Shown here: positions 29,927 to 38,865 of the stretch, one piece after another
Position numbering within the stretch: the first letter of the stretch is position 1
Layout of the letters: every line of letters begins with the position of its first letter
NCBI GenBank assembly: GCA_963675665.1
Contig: OY776510.1
Span: forward strand, 2,496,001 to 2,560,000
Length of the DNA: 64,000 bases
DNA from: Spirochaetia bacterium
GTDB taxonomy: Bacteria; Spirochaetota; Spirochaetia; UBA9216
Direction of reading: 5' to 3'
Notes under the pieces: model-generated
Told to the model about the DNA's origin: nothing
Database searches by the model: none
What the model saw: the letters and a program-made list of their open reading frames with translations, nothing else
Made by a program: the position numbers and the translations under genes

Positions 29927-30042
29927 GAGGAATGATAAAAACACCTCCGTGTGTTTTTATCATTTTAAAGTTTGATAAGCGTCGCTCATCAAACTTCCGC
30001 TCTTTCAGCCCGCATCCTTGCGGGAATTTTTTATAGGAGGAA
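29924..30042. repeat. ~100 bp multi-hairpin intergenic element flanked by 9 bp direct repeats
   Basis: TAGGAGGAA at 29924-29932 and 30034-30042. Perfect 14 bp inverted repeat AATGATAAAAACAC/GTGTTTTTATCATT, plus two smaller hairpins. Confidence 0.5.
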
Positions 30043-30045
30043 ATA

Positions 30046-30462
30046 ATGGCGTTAAAGCAGATTTCAGTTTTTCTTGAAAATAAATCAGGTCGGCTTGCAG
30101 AGGTAAGCGGGCTTATCAGTGATGCGGGAATTAATTTCAGGGCTATAAGTATTGCCGACACCGCTGATTTCGGAATCCTCAGAATGATTGTAGATAAACC
30201 AGATGATGCGCTGAAGTTACTGGAAGATAATGGTTTTACAGCCAAGGAAAATCTTGTGCTGGGGGTTGAGGTTGAAGACCATCCGGGAGGAATGGCCGGA
30301 GTTATGAAACTGTTCGATGAAAACAAGGTCAATATTGAGTATCTTTATTCTTCGCTTGAGAGCGGAACCGAGAAAGCGGTTATCATCTTCAAGGTTGAAG
30401 ATGTAAAACGCGGAATCGAGATCCTTGAAAAATTCAAGATAAACAGAATCTCGCACTTCTAA
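30046..30462 (+). CDS. Tandem ACT domain protein
   Basis: KQISVFLENKSGRLA, ADTADFGILR, EDHPGGM and NIEYLYS; commonly found next to paaK. Confidence 0.88.
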   Translation: MALKQISVFLENKSGRLAEVSGLISDAGINFRAISIADTADFGILRMIVDKPDDALKLLEDNGFTAKENLVLGVEVEDHPGGMAGVMKLFDENKVNIEYLYSSLESGTEKAVIIFKVEDVKRGIEILEKFKINRISHF

Positions 30463-30485
30463 TATTCATATAATACAATAACTGT

Positions 30486-30520
30486 AAGGGCTGTTCAGGA
30501 TATATTGAACAGCCCTTTTT
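30486..30520 (+). terminator. Intrinsic terminator
   Basis: AAGGGCTGTTCA-N8-TGAACAGCCCTT followed by TTT. Confidence 0.8.
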
Positions 30521-30647
30521 AAATTCCTGTCTATTTATGCATTATTTTCCTTTACAAGCTTCCAATCTGATTCTATAATTTATATATCTTAGAATAAATA
30601 TATATCGATAATACATTATAGATATTGTCAGATATTTTGGAGGAGAA

Positions 30648-32342
30648 ATGACAAAGAAATACGTTATAATCGGCGGTTCGGCCGCGGGTCCGAAAACGGC
30701 CTCAAAGATCAGAAGAATGGCTCCGGAAGCTGAAATAACAATGATTCAGAAAAGTAAATATCTTTCCATGGCGTCATGCGGGTATCCTTATTTTGTAGGC
30801 GGAGTTTTTGACGATCCGAATCAGCTTATCGCTACACCAACAGGTGTTCAGCGGGATCCTACCTTCTTTATGAATGTGAAAAACATCAAGGCAATCAATT
30901 CAACCGAGGTTACATCAATTGATCGTAAGAATAAGAAGGTATTGATGACGAATCTCGACTCCGGAGAGGAATCGGAGATGCCGTACGACAAACTGTTTAT
31001 CGGAACCGGAGCAAATGCAATTGTACCGCCTTTACCGGGTAAAGACCTTGAAGGCGTTAAAACTGTTTCAAGTATGGAAGATGCAATTTATCTTAAAGAC
31101 AGATTGAAAAAGGATGACATCAAGAAAGCTGTTATTGTCGGCGGCGGGCTTATCGGAATAGAGACCTGTGAAGCTCTTGAGCTTGGCGGGGTTGATATAA
31201 CAGTTGTCGAGATGCTTGATCAGATCCTGTCCTTTCTTGACTGGGAGATGGCTAAACATGTTGAGAACTATCTAAAAAGCAAGGGAAGCAAGGTTATTAC
31301 CGGTATCGGAGTAACCGAGTTTCTGGGAAAAGACGGAAAAATCTCCGGAGTGAAACTTTCAGACGGCAGGGTTCTTGATTGTGATCTGGCTGTAGTATCA
31401 ATCGGTGTCCGACCCAATTCAAAGCTTGCTGCAGACGCCGGCCTGATTATCGGTCAGAAAGGCGGAATTGAGGTTAATACTTTCATGCAGACATCTGATC
31501 CCGATATATTTGCCGGAGGCGACTGTGTTGAGGTAACAAATCTCGTAACCCATAATAAAAATCCGTGGCCTATGGGAGATGCTGCTAATCTTCAGGGGCG
31601 TGTTGCGGCGCAGAACATGGTCCTCGGCAATAATGTTGAATATGAGGGAATGATAGGAACCGGTATATGTAAGATTTTTGATTATGTAGCGGGCTCCACA
31701 GGTCTTTCGGAAAAACAGGCGGCAAGGCTCGGCTACACCAATATTATGACTGCAATACAGGCTGCTCCCGACAAACCGGGATTCATGGGCGCAAAGCCTA
31801 TTATTATCAAGCTTGTGGCTGATAAAACTACTTGCAGATTACTCGGAATGCAGGCTGTCGGGCTGGGCGATGTTTCAAAACGTCTTGCAATAGGCGCTAT
31901 GGCCGTACATGCAAAAATGAGGGTATATGATCTTGTAAACCTTGATTTGCCCTATGCTCCACCGTTCTCACCGGCAATAGATAACTTCATTGTAGCCGCA
32001 CATGTTCTTCAGAATAAATGTCTTGGAAGAATGACCGGTATTTCATCTCTTGAAGTCAAGGCCAAACTTGATGCCGGTGAAAAACCGTTTATCCTTGATG
32101 TACGCGGCCCTGATGAATATGAAGAAATGAGGCTCGGCATCGGAGAAAAGCTTATTCCGCTGGGAGCAATCAGAAAACGTCTTGATGAACTTCCCAAAGA
32201 TAAAACTGAAGAAATTATAGTTTACTGTAAAATATCGCTCCGTGGGTATGAAGCGGCATGCTGTTTAGCGGGAGTCGGTTATAATAACGTAAAAGTTCTC
32301 GAAGGCGGTGTAATTGCCTGGCCATTTTCCAGAGAAAAATAA
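30648..32342 (+). CDS. CoA-disulfide/persulfide reductase with C-terminal rhodanese domain (CoADR-RHD/Npsr-like)
   Basis: GGSAAG, SMASCGYPY (active-site Cys), VGGGLIGIE, YAPPFSP and rhodanese VYCKISLRG. Confidence 0.85.
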   Translation: MTKKYVIIGGSAAGPKTASKIRRMAPEAEITMIQKSKYLSMASCGYPYFVGGVFDDPNQLIATPTGVQRDPTFFMNVKNIKAINSTEVTSIDRKNKKVLMTNLDSGEESEMPYDKLFIGTGANAIVPPLPGKDLEGVKTVSSMEDAIYLKDRLKKDDIKKAVIVGGGLIGIETCEALELGGVDITVVEMLDQILSFLDWEMAKHVENYLKSKGSKVITGIGVTEFLGKDGKISGVKLSDGRVLDCDLAVVSIGVRPNSKLAADAGLIIGQKGGIEVNTFMQTSDPDIFAGGDCVEVTNLVTHNKNPWPMGDAANLQGRVAAQNMVLGNNVEYEGMIGTGICKIFDYVAGSTGLSEKQAARLGYTNIMTAIQAAPDKPGFMGAKPIIIKLVADKTTCRLLGMQAVGLGDVSKRLAIGAMAVHAKMRVYDLVNLDLPYAPPFSPAIDNFIVAAHVLQNKCLGRMTGISSLEVKAKLDAGEKPFILDVRGPDEYEEMRLGIGEKLIPLGAIRKRLDELPKDKTEEIIVYCKISLRGYEAACCLAGVGYNNVKVLEGGVIAWPFSREK

Positions 32343-32361
32343 AAACTATAATATTCTTTTG

Positions 32362-32394
32362 AAACCGTCCCGAATAGCCGGGGCGGTTTTTTTT
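32362..32394 (+). terminator. Intrinsic terminator
   Basis: AAACCGTCCCG-N6-CGGGGCGG followed by T8. Confidence 0.8.
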
Positions 32395-32467
32395 GAAAGT
32401 TGTAATTTAAAAATACCTGTTATCTTAAAAAACTGCTTTTTTCGGATATTACCTGCGTAAAATGAAG

Positions 32468-32535
32468 TTGACAATATTAGTTAAAACAAATATGTTTAAC
32501 ACTGCCAAGTTAATACTTGTTAACTTGGCAGTGTT
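32468..32535 (+). promoter_or_regulatory. Promoter followed by a perfect 16 bp inverted repeat
   Basis: TTGACA (32468)-N17-TATGTT (32491), then AACACTGCCAAGTTAA-tacttg-TTAACTTGGCAGTGTT (32498-32535). Confidence 0.6.
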
Positions 32536-32572
32536 CTTTTGTGAAAAAAAATTGAAAAATACAGGAGAAAAT

Positions 32573-32999
32573 ATGAGCTTCTTGCCAATTCCTTTTCACA
32601 GTCTGATTGATATTACAATGAAAATACTGGATACGCGTGATCCCTACACTTTTATACATTCCTGGAGAGTTGCGGGCATGAGTGAAAAGATGGGACGGAT
32701 GGGGGTATCCCGAAGGATTGTGCGGCAGAGCTATACCTCTGGGGAGCAGAATTATTTCAGTTGCAGATTCTTTTGATGCAATGACAAGTTCAAGGACATA
32801 TAGAAAAGCCCGACCATATCGTGATGCGTTTAAGGAAATAAAACGCTGCAGGGGGCAACAGTTCTGTCCTGATGTTGTTGACATGTTTATTAATAATCAG
32901 AATGAAATTATTGAGGTGATAGAAGCAGCGAACCTTGAAATCGAACAGCACAGAACAGATTTTGTTATTAAGAATAAGGAGATTTCCTATGCCGAATAA
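32573..32999 (+). pseudogene. HD-GYP phosphodiesterase, internally deleted and frameshifted
   Basis: N-terminal part (SD aggag; ...ILDTRDPYTFIHSWRVAGMSE) is joined out of frame near 32685 to RWDGWGYPEGL...SRIISVADSFDAMTSSRTYR. The HD-containing middle is absent. Confidence 0.8.
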
Positions 33000-33057
33000 C
33001 AAAGCAGGATGCATTGACCGGTAAAAGTCCGTAATATAAACTATCTTAAGGAAAGAA

Positions 33058-33900
33058 ATGTCTGATAAAAAGAACGCATCGGAAGTTTATATAAAATCCC
33101 TGGAGAATGCAAACAAAATTACGGAGAATGCAATTCGGTCCGCCATAGGGGCGTTAGGGCTGTTTAACGGTTGCAATGTTCTCGATGTCCCGTGCGGTAT
33201 AGGTAATCATGCCCTGTGGATGGCTCAGGATACCCCGAACAGTAATATCATAGGAGTGGATTTTTTAGAGGAACATATCGATTATGCGCGGCGGTTAAAA
33301 ATTCAAATGGTCAATCCGGTTTCAGTAGTTTTTGAAAAGGGGGATATCAACAACCTCAATTTTAAGGATGATCTCCTTGATTTTATCTGGTGCTGTGATG
33401 GTCTGTGGCCCGGGCCGGTTGAATCAGGGTGTGTGGCTGAAACCCCTTTCGATATTCTTGAATCATTAAAACGGATAGTAAAGCCCGGCGGAACAATAGC
33501 TCTTCTGTTCTGGTCCTCACAGAAGCTTCTGCCGGGATACCCTCTGATCGAAGCCGCACTTAATGCCTGTCCGTCTTCACTTCTTCCCATGACTGAAAAT
33601 CAGCCGCCTGAACTGCATTTTATGCGAGCACCATCCTGGCTTGCAAAGGCAGGGTTTGTTAATATACGCAGCAGGACTTTCTGCGCGGACATTTGCGGTC
33701 CGCTTGATAATGAATATAAGGAAGCTCTTCACAAAATCTTTGATATGCTCTGGCGGGCAGCAGAAAGGGAGGCTGCTCCCCGGGTCAGGGCAGTATATAA
33801 ATTGCTTATTGATCCGCAGTCCGATGAATATATCCTGGCGAATCCTGATTATGCCGGTTTTATAACCTACACAATGTTCACCGGTAAGCGGCCCCTGTAG
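33058..33900 (+). CDS. Class I SAM-dependent methyltransferase
   Basis: VLDVPCGIG, IIGVD, KGDINNL and RIVKPGG. Confidence 0.85.
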   Translation: MSDKKNASEVYIKSLENANKITENAIRSAIGALGLFNGCNVLDVPCGIGNHALWMAQDTPNSNIIGVDFLEEHIDYARRLKIQMVNPVSVVFEKGDINNLNFKDDLLDFIWCCDGLWPGPVESGCVAETPFDILESLKRIVKPGGTIALLFWSSQKLLPGYPLIEAALNACPSSLLPMTENQPPELHFMRAPSWLAKAGFVNIRSRTFCADICGPLDNEYKEALHKIFDMLWRAAEREAAPRVRAVYKLLIDPQSDEYILANPDYAGFITYTMFTGKRPL

Positions 33901-34027
33901 ACGTACATATCCTTAAACATTTAAACGCATTGAAGTATTGCATTGACTCCTTCGAGGACCGGTTTTGCCGTTATAAAAATAAAAAATTATTGTAAGAATA
34001 AAGATTCCAATGTAACATAGCTTTGAT

Positions 34028-35782
34028 ATGCAGATGCGCCTGGCAATACCGGATTTAAAAATCAGATACCGAATTTATTTCATGACAGTTGTTCTGGCTG
34101 TTCTGGTTTTTTTTACTGTTATAAATTTGACATATTTTTTAAGTCTGTCCAAAGCTGTGATTTGTGCAGTCCTTGCTTTGGTTGTTGTATTTGAGATTCA
34201 ATATATTGTGCGTTTCAATAAGGTTTTTCATAATCATCATTCGGCTATTATGGGTTTTATACTATTATTAATATTGATACCTGTATTAGGCGGAGACAGC
34301 AGCAGGGGCAGAATGTGGATATTTATTCTGCCCCTTGTTATTTTTTATACACAGGATTTCAAAACAAGTCTTATTTTTCTTTCGCTATCTGTTTTTCTTG
34401 CTTTGATAACGCAGATATTATCAATATTCAATCTGATTACCTCCCAGGTTCCATACACACTTGAACAGGTGATTGTTTTTTTTCTTATTGTCCTTATTGC
34501 ATGTATTTATGAAAAGACTATCCGTAATGATGAAAAAATTATTAAAAATAATCTTTATACTGATCAACTGACAAATCTTCCAAACAGGAGAAAACTCATT
34601 TATGAGCTGCAGCATCAGATAAATTCGGAAGGCGTAATTCTGGCATTAATTAATATAGATGATTTTAAAGAGATTAATGATCTGTTTGGTGCTTCTACAG
34701 GAGATAAGGTTATAAAGCATTTAAGCAAGATAATTAAAGAAGGCAAGTTTGCAAACAAGGAGCCAAGGATCTACAGACTTCATTCCGATGAATTTGCTGT
34801 TGTTTTTAAATGTGACGAAAAAAGAAACTGTGAATTATTTATACGTAATCTGATAAATGATTTATCCGAGCCGTTTTTTATGGAAAATGATGAGATTTTA
34901 ATTACAGTTTCGATTGGTGTTTCGGACTGTACTCTTTTCCCGTTAGAGCAGGCTGATATTGCTCTGAAAAAAGCAAAAGAACGAAAAGAGCATATCGTCT
35001 TTTTTGACAAATCATTTAAAACTATTGAGAAATTCGATGAGAACAGGTTGATTCTTTTAAGGTTACGAAAAGCACTGGAAACGGATAATGTGATACCGTT
35101 TTTTCAGCCTGTATTTGATATAAAAAGTAACACAATAACAAGGTATGAATCTCTTGTGAGGCTTGTTGATTCGGGAAAGATCTATTCGCCATTATCATTT
35201 CTTGAAATTTCAAAACGCTCAAAACTCTATCATAATATTACCAGGGCAATGATTAATAAAACATTCGAAGCATTTAATGAGAGTAATTATTCTTTCTCAA
35301 TAAATATTAATTATGATGATATACTTAACAGGGAAACGGAAAGTTTGCTTATTGAAAAAATTAAAAACTTCAGTTCTCCGTCAAGAATAATGCTTGAATT
35401 GCTGGAAACAGAAAAAATTGAAGATTGCCACGAAGTCCGATCATTTATCAACCGGGTAAAAGGTTTCGGCTGTAAAATAGCTGTTGACGACTTCGGTTCA
35501 GGATATTCGAATTTTAATTATATAATTTCTCTTAATGTGGATTTTATAAAAATAGACTCATCTTTGATAAAATATATTGATAGTGATTTCAATTCACAGA
35601 TAATTACAAGAAGTATCGTAAGTTTTGCCAAAGAGATGGGTATAAAAACGATTGCAGAGTATGTGCATAACGAAAGTGTATTAAAAAAAATCCGGGAACT
35701 GGATATAGATTATGCTCAGGGATATTTTATCGGAAAACCGGCCTCAGAGCTGCAAAGGCTGCCGGCGTTTGCTGAAATTTAG
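34028..35782 (+). CDS. Membrane-anchored degenerate-GGDEF/EAL protein, likely a c-di-GMP phosphodiesterase
   Basis: N-terminal TM helices; TDQLTNLPNR; HSDEF in place of GGDEF; YESLVRL, DDFGSGYS, KIDSS, AEYV and QGYFIGKP. Confidence 0.85.
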   Translation: MQMRLAIPDLKIRYRIYFMTVVLAVLVFFTVINLTYFLSLSKAVICAVLALVVVFEIQYIVRFNKVFHNHHSAIMGFILLLILIPVLGGDSSRGRMWIFILPLVIFYTQDFKTSLIFLSLSVFLALITQILSIFNLITSQVPYTLEQVIVFFLIVLIACIYEKTIRNDEKIIKNNLYTDQLTNLPNRRKLIYELQHQINSEGVILALINIDDFKEINDLFGASTGDKVIKHLSKIIKEGKFANKEPRIYRLHSDEFAVVFKCDEKRNCELFIRNLINDLSEPFFMENDEILITVSIGVSDCTLFPLEQADIALKKAKERKEHIVFFDKSFKTIEKFDENRLILLRLRKALETDNVIPFFQPVFDIKSNTITRYESLVRLVDSGKIYSPLSFLEISKRSKLYHNITRAMINKTFEAFNESNYSFSININYDDILNRETESLLIEKIKNFSSPSRIMLELLETEKIEDCHEVRSFINRVKGFGCKIAVDDFGSGYSNFNYIISLNVDFIKIDSSLIKYIDSDFNSQIITRSIVSFAKEMGIKTIAEYVHNESVLKKIRELDIDYAQGYFIGKPASELQRLPAFAEI

Positions 35783-35810
35783 GATCAGGATGAATTTGTG
35801 AGGGTTTTTT

Positions 35811-36548
35811 ATGGAAAAAGCAAAAGTTTTTTACAATGAATTAATAAACCGGTTTGAGAAAATAATTAATGAAAATGATCTTCTTGATGAGACAATTATG
35901 ATAACCGGAAAAGTCCTGACGCCGGAAGAGGCTTTGGGTAAACCCGATCGCAGGGACTTTCCCTTACTGTCCGGAAAGGAACGTCTTATGGAAGCGGATT
36001 TCAGAGGCAGCAAAGGACAGGCTTATACGGATATGCCGGGAAACTTTACCGGGGATCTTAAAAGTATTATTGAGTTTTATCCGGAAAATAATTTTCAGCG
36101 TGCTGTACTTGTTTCCAGTATAAATGCGGTATGCAGGTATCTTGGAATTGCCGATAAAACAATTCACTGCAGGGACAATGAGCCGGAATCATGCGCTGAT
36201 GAAATAACCGGGTTTATTAAAAAGGAATTCGGAGAAGTAAAAATAGCGCTTGTGGGTTGTCAGCCCAGCATGCTTGAAAAATTGTCGTCAGTATTTCAGG
36301 TGCGTAACCTTGATCTGGATGATGATAAAATAGGCACTGAAAAGTTCGGTGTAGAGATTGAACATGGAATAGAAAAACTTGATGAAGTTCTCGGCTGGTG
36401 CGACATTATTCTTGCCACCGGAAGTACAATTGTAAACAGTACGATTGTTAGGTATCTGGATCTGAAGCCCGTATTTTTTTACGGCACTACAATCAGCGGA
36501 GCAGCAGCCCTCATGGGTTACAAACGCCTTTGCTTTTGTGCGAGTTAA
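35811..36548 (+). CDS. DUF364-like Rossmann-fold protein (putative heavy-metal chelation family)
   Basis: LTPEEALGKP.R.DFPLL.GKE, GQAYTD, KTIHCRDNEPESCA, LATGSTIVN and FYGTT. Confidence 0.7.
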   Translation: MEKAKVFYNELINRFEKIINENDLLDETIMITGKVLTPEEALGKPDRRDFPLLSGKERLMEADFRGSKGQAYTDMPGNFTGDLKSIIEFYPENNFQRAVLVSSINAVCRYLGIADKTIHCRDNEPESCADEITGFIKKEFGEVKIALVGCQPSMLEKLSSVFQVRNLDLDDDKIGTEKFGVEIEHGIEKLDEVLGWCDIILATGSTIVNSTIVRYLDLKPVFFYGTTISGAAALMGYKRLCFCAS

Positions 36549-36578
36549 TCCGGAGTTAATCCGGGTTATAAAAATTAA

Positions 36579-36608
36579 TTGACATCTGCGAATATGATGT
36601 GATAAATT
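36579..36608 (+). promoter_or_regulatory. Sigma70-type promoter for the Moco-motif operon 2
   Basis: TTGACA-N18-(TGn)TAAATT, about 12 nt upstream of the RNA motif. Confidence 0.6.
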
Positions 36609-36620
36609 ACAACCAATAGA

Positions 36621-36740
36621 TTCTCCGAACCGTTTTTCCTAAGGAATCTGTCTATGGAAATCCGGTCGCTGTTTCGGTCATAGCCCGAACAAAGGGAATT
36701 ACAGGAAACTGTAGTTCCTCCCGTATTTTGGAAAGGAGAA
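36621..36740 (+). ncRNA. Moco RNA motif (molybdenum cofactor riboswitch candidate), copy 2
   Basis: UUCUCCGAACCG..CCUAAG..UAUGG..CGGUCG-GUUUCGG..CCGAAC-AAAGGGAAUUACAG-GAAA-CUGUAGUUCCUCCCGUAUUUUGGAAAGGAGAA. It has the canonical CCUAAG/UAUGG tetraloop receptor, a GAAA tetraloop and P1 UUCUCC/GGAGAA. Confidence 0.88.
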
Positions 36741-36859
36741 AGCACTCTACTGCTGTTTTTTTAAAACTGCGGTGTCCCTCCATACTTACGGTACTCATTC
36801 GGCTAATGCTGCTGAAACAGCACGGTCTCTCTGTTGAAATCTGAAAAAGAGGAGTAAGT

Positions 36860-38860
36860 GTGAAAAAGAGAAATTTTATCCTGTTTTTAATTATCTGTTC
36901 AGTACTGTTTTTTTCAAACGGAATTTATGCATCAGGAACACGAGAGAGTGCTGAAAATGCAGCTCAGACGGAAACCAGGATGGTTACTGATATGAGGGGG
37001 CGAAGTGTCGAAGTTCCCGTGACAATTAGCCGGGCCGCGAGCGTATTTCCCTATGTAACGTTTTTGACCCTGGCATTAGGCGGCGGTGATGTCCTTGTCG
37101 GTATTGATTCTGCGTCAGCGGGTAATGAGAACCTTATTCGGACGTACCCGGAAATGAAGGACATCCCTGCTATGGGAATGTTCTTCAATGTTAATCCGGA
37201 AAGTATTCTTGAAGCTGATCCTCAGGTGGTTTTTACCGTAAACTGGGACAAGGATCCCGATAAGACACAGGATCTTCTGAATGTTCCTGTGATATGCATC
37301 GATTTAAACCTTTACAGGGAAAGCATTGAATTCCTTTCCGGTATTTTGGGAAGCGGGGCTGAATCAAGAGGAAACGAGCTTGTATCCTGGTATGAAGATA
37401 AAAAAGATTTTATAGCCGAAAGTATAAATAAAGCAGACGTGAAGGAACCTGCAAAGGTTTATATTGTAGGCGGTAAAGGAATCCACTCCACCTTCGGAAA
37501 GGAATCCACCTGGCAATATGAAATAGAAGATGCAGGCGGAGTAAATGTTGCGGCTGATGTTGCCGGCGGCGGTGCGCAGGAAGTATCAGCCGAGCAGATT
37601 ATAATCTGGAAGCCGGATGTAATTATCCTTGATTCCGCGTGTCCTGATTCAGCGGAAGATCTTCTGAATAATGATACATTCCGGGACGTCCCTGCTGTAA
37701 AGACCAAAAGAATATACCGGGCCCCCGTCGGATTTCTTGATACTTTCGGGCGTCCGCATATGGAATCGGCATTAGCCCGTTTATGGCTTGCTGACAAGCT
37801 TTATCCTGATGAGATTAATATTGATATTGTTGATGAAGCAAAAAAGTTTTATTCAAAATTTTATGGCGCCAAACTGTCGGATTCTGAAATAGATGCCATT
37901 TTAAATCCTGTAAAACAGTCTGATGAGCCTTCCAATATTACAGTTACGGATTCTATTGGAAATAAAGTCCTTATTCCTGCCGGAGATAAAAAAGTGGCAT
38001 CGCTCAGATCCGGAATCACCGAAATAATATGTGCATTAGGCGCTGTGGACTCAATAATTGCCGTGGATGAAATGACCAAAGATGGTTATATGTACGGAGA
38101 GTTCATTTCGTTGGCATATCCTCAACTGATGGAGCAGACAGCACCCTATTCGGGGCGAGATGTTAATATTGAAGAACTGTTAAGCATAGAGCCGGATCTG
38201 GTTCTTCACGGCGGTTTCGGACGTATAAGACAGGCTGATTCAATCAAAAATCAGGCGCCTGAGCTTCCGGTTGTGATAGCGCACTTTGAGACCATGGATG
38301 CCTATATGGATGATATCAGAATTGTCGGTAAATGCGTCAATGCTGAAGATCGTGCCGAAGTTTTAATAACCTATCTGCAGCAGAAGCTCGATATGATAAA
38401 GGAATTAACAAAAAAAATTCCTGAAGACAGGAAGAAGAGTGTTTTTTATGGCGGTCATGATGTCTATCATGCTTACGGCGGAAATACATTTGAACATTTT
38501 CAGATTGTAAATGCCGGCGGGGTAAACCCGGCCGAATCCCTCACAGGATGGATGCCTGAAGTATCTCCGGAGCAGCTTCTTAACTGGAATCCCGATGTGA
38601 TTATATTGCTTAACGGGGCTGATGTTGAGGCCGTTATGAACGACGACAGGATAGAAAGTATATCCGCAATCAGAAACGGAAATGTATATGCTCTTCCGCA
38701 GGCCGGATGGGATTTTTCAACGCCGCGCGCGCTTTTTTGCATTGAATGGATATTCTCAAAGCTTTATCCGGAAGAATATTCATCTTTTGATATTAACAAA
38801 CAGGCCGACGACTTTTTTATGCAGGTTTTTAATGTTTCTTATGAAGGACCCGAACTTTAA
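36860..38860 (+). CDS. ABC substrate-binding protein with two tandem Peripla_BP_2 domains
   Basis: Signal peptide; two repeats (VTDMRGRSVEVP...ADKLYPDE and VTDSIGNKVLIP...FSKLYPEE); GTG start with SD gaggag. Confidence 0.85.
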   Translation: MKKRNFILFLIICSVLFFSNGIYASGTRESAENAAQTETRMVTDMRGRSVEVPVTISRAASVFPYVTFLTLALGGGDVLVGIDSASAGNENLIRTYPEMKDIPAMGMFFNVNPESILEADPQVVFTVNWDKDPDKTQDLLNVPVICIDLNLYRESIEFLSGILGSGAESRGNELVSWYEDKKDFIAESINKADVKEPAKVYIVGGKGIHSTFGKESTWQYEIEDAGGVNVAADVAGGGAQEVSAEQIIIWKPDVIILDSACPDSAEDLLNNDTFRDVPAVKTKRIYRAPVGFLDTFGRPHMESALARLWLADKLYPDEINIDIVDEAKKFYSKFYGAKLSDSEIDAILNPVKQSDEPSNITVTDSIGNKVLIPAGDKKVASLRSGITEIICALGAVDSIIAVDEMTKDGYMYGEFISLAYPQLMEQTAPYSGRDVNIEELLSIEPDLVLHGGFGRIRQADSIKNQAPELPVVIAHFETMDAYMDDIRIVGKCVNAEDRAEVLITYLQQKLDMIKELTKKIPEDRKKSVFYGGHDVYHAYGGNTFEHFQIVNAGGVNPAESLTGWMPEVSPEQLLNWNPDVIILLNGADVEAVMNDDRIESISAIRNGNVYALPQAGWDFSTPRALFCIEWIFSKLYPEEYSSFDINKQADDFFMQVFNVSYEGPEL

Positions 38861-38865
38861 AACTG

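Noticed and set aside
28625-32342. paaK-ACT pair and CoADR-rhodanese fusion as novelties
   Set aside because: Both are common, described arrangements in anaerobes.
32462-32776. 104 aa ORF as an independent gene
   Set aside because: Its start covers the promoter and palindrome. Only 32573 to ~32685 is coding, as part of the HD-GYP pseudogene.
36542-36562. Tandem duplication GAGTTAATCCG-GAGTTAATCC at the DUF364 stop
   Set aside because: Only two short copies, so probably replication slippage rather than an array.
36621-36740. Cobalamin riboswitch reading of the leaders of the BtuCD-like operons
   Set aside because: No B12-box or GCCACUG-type elements are present. The features match the Moco motif instead.
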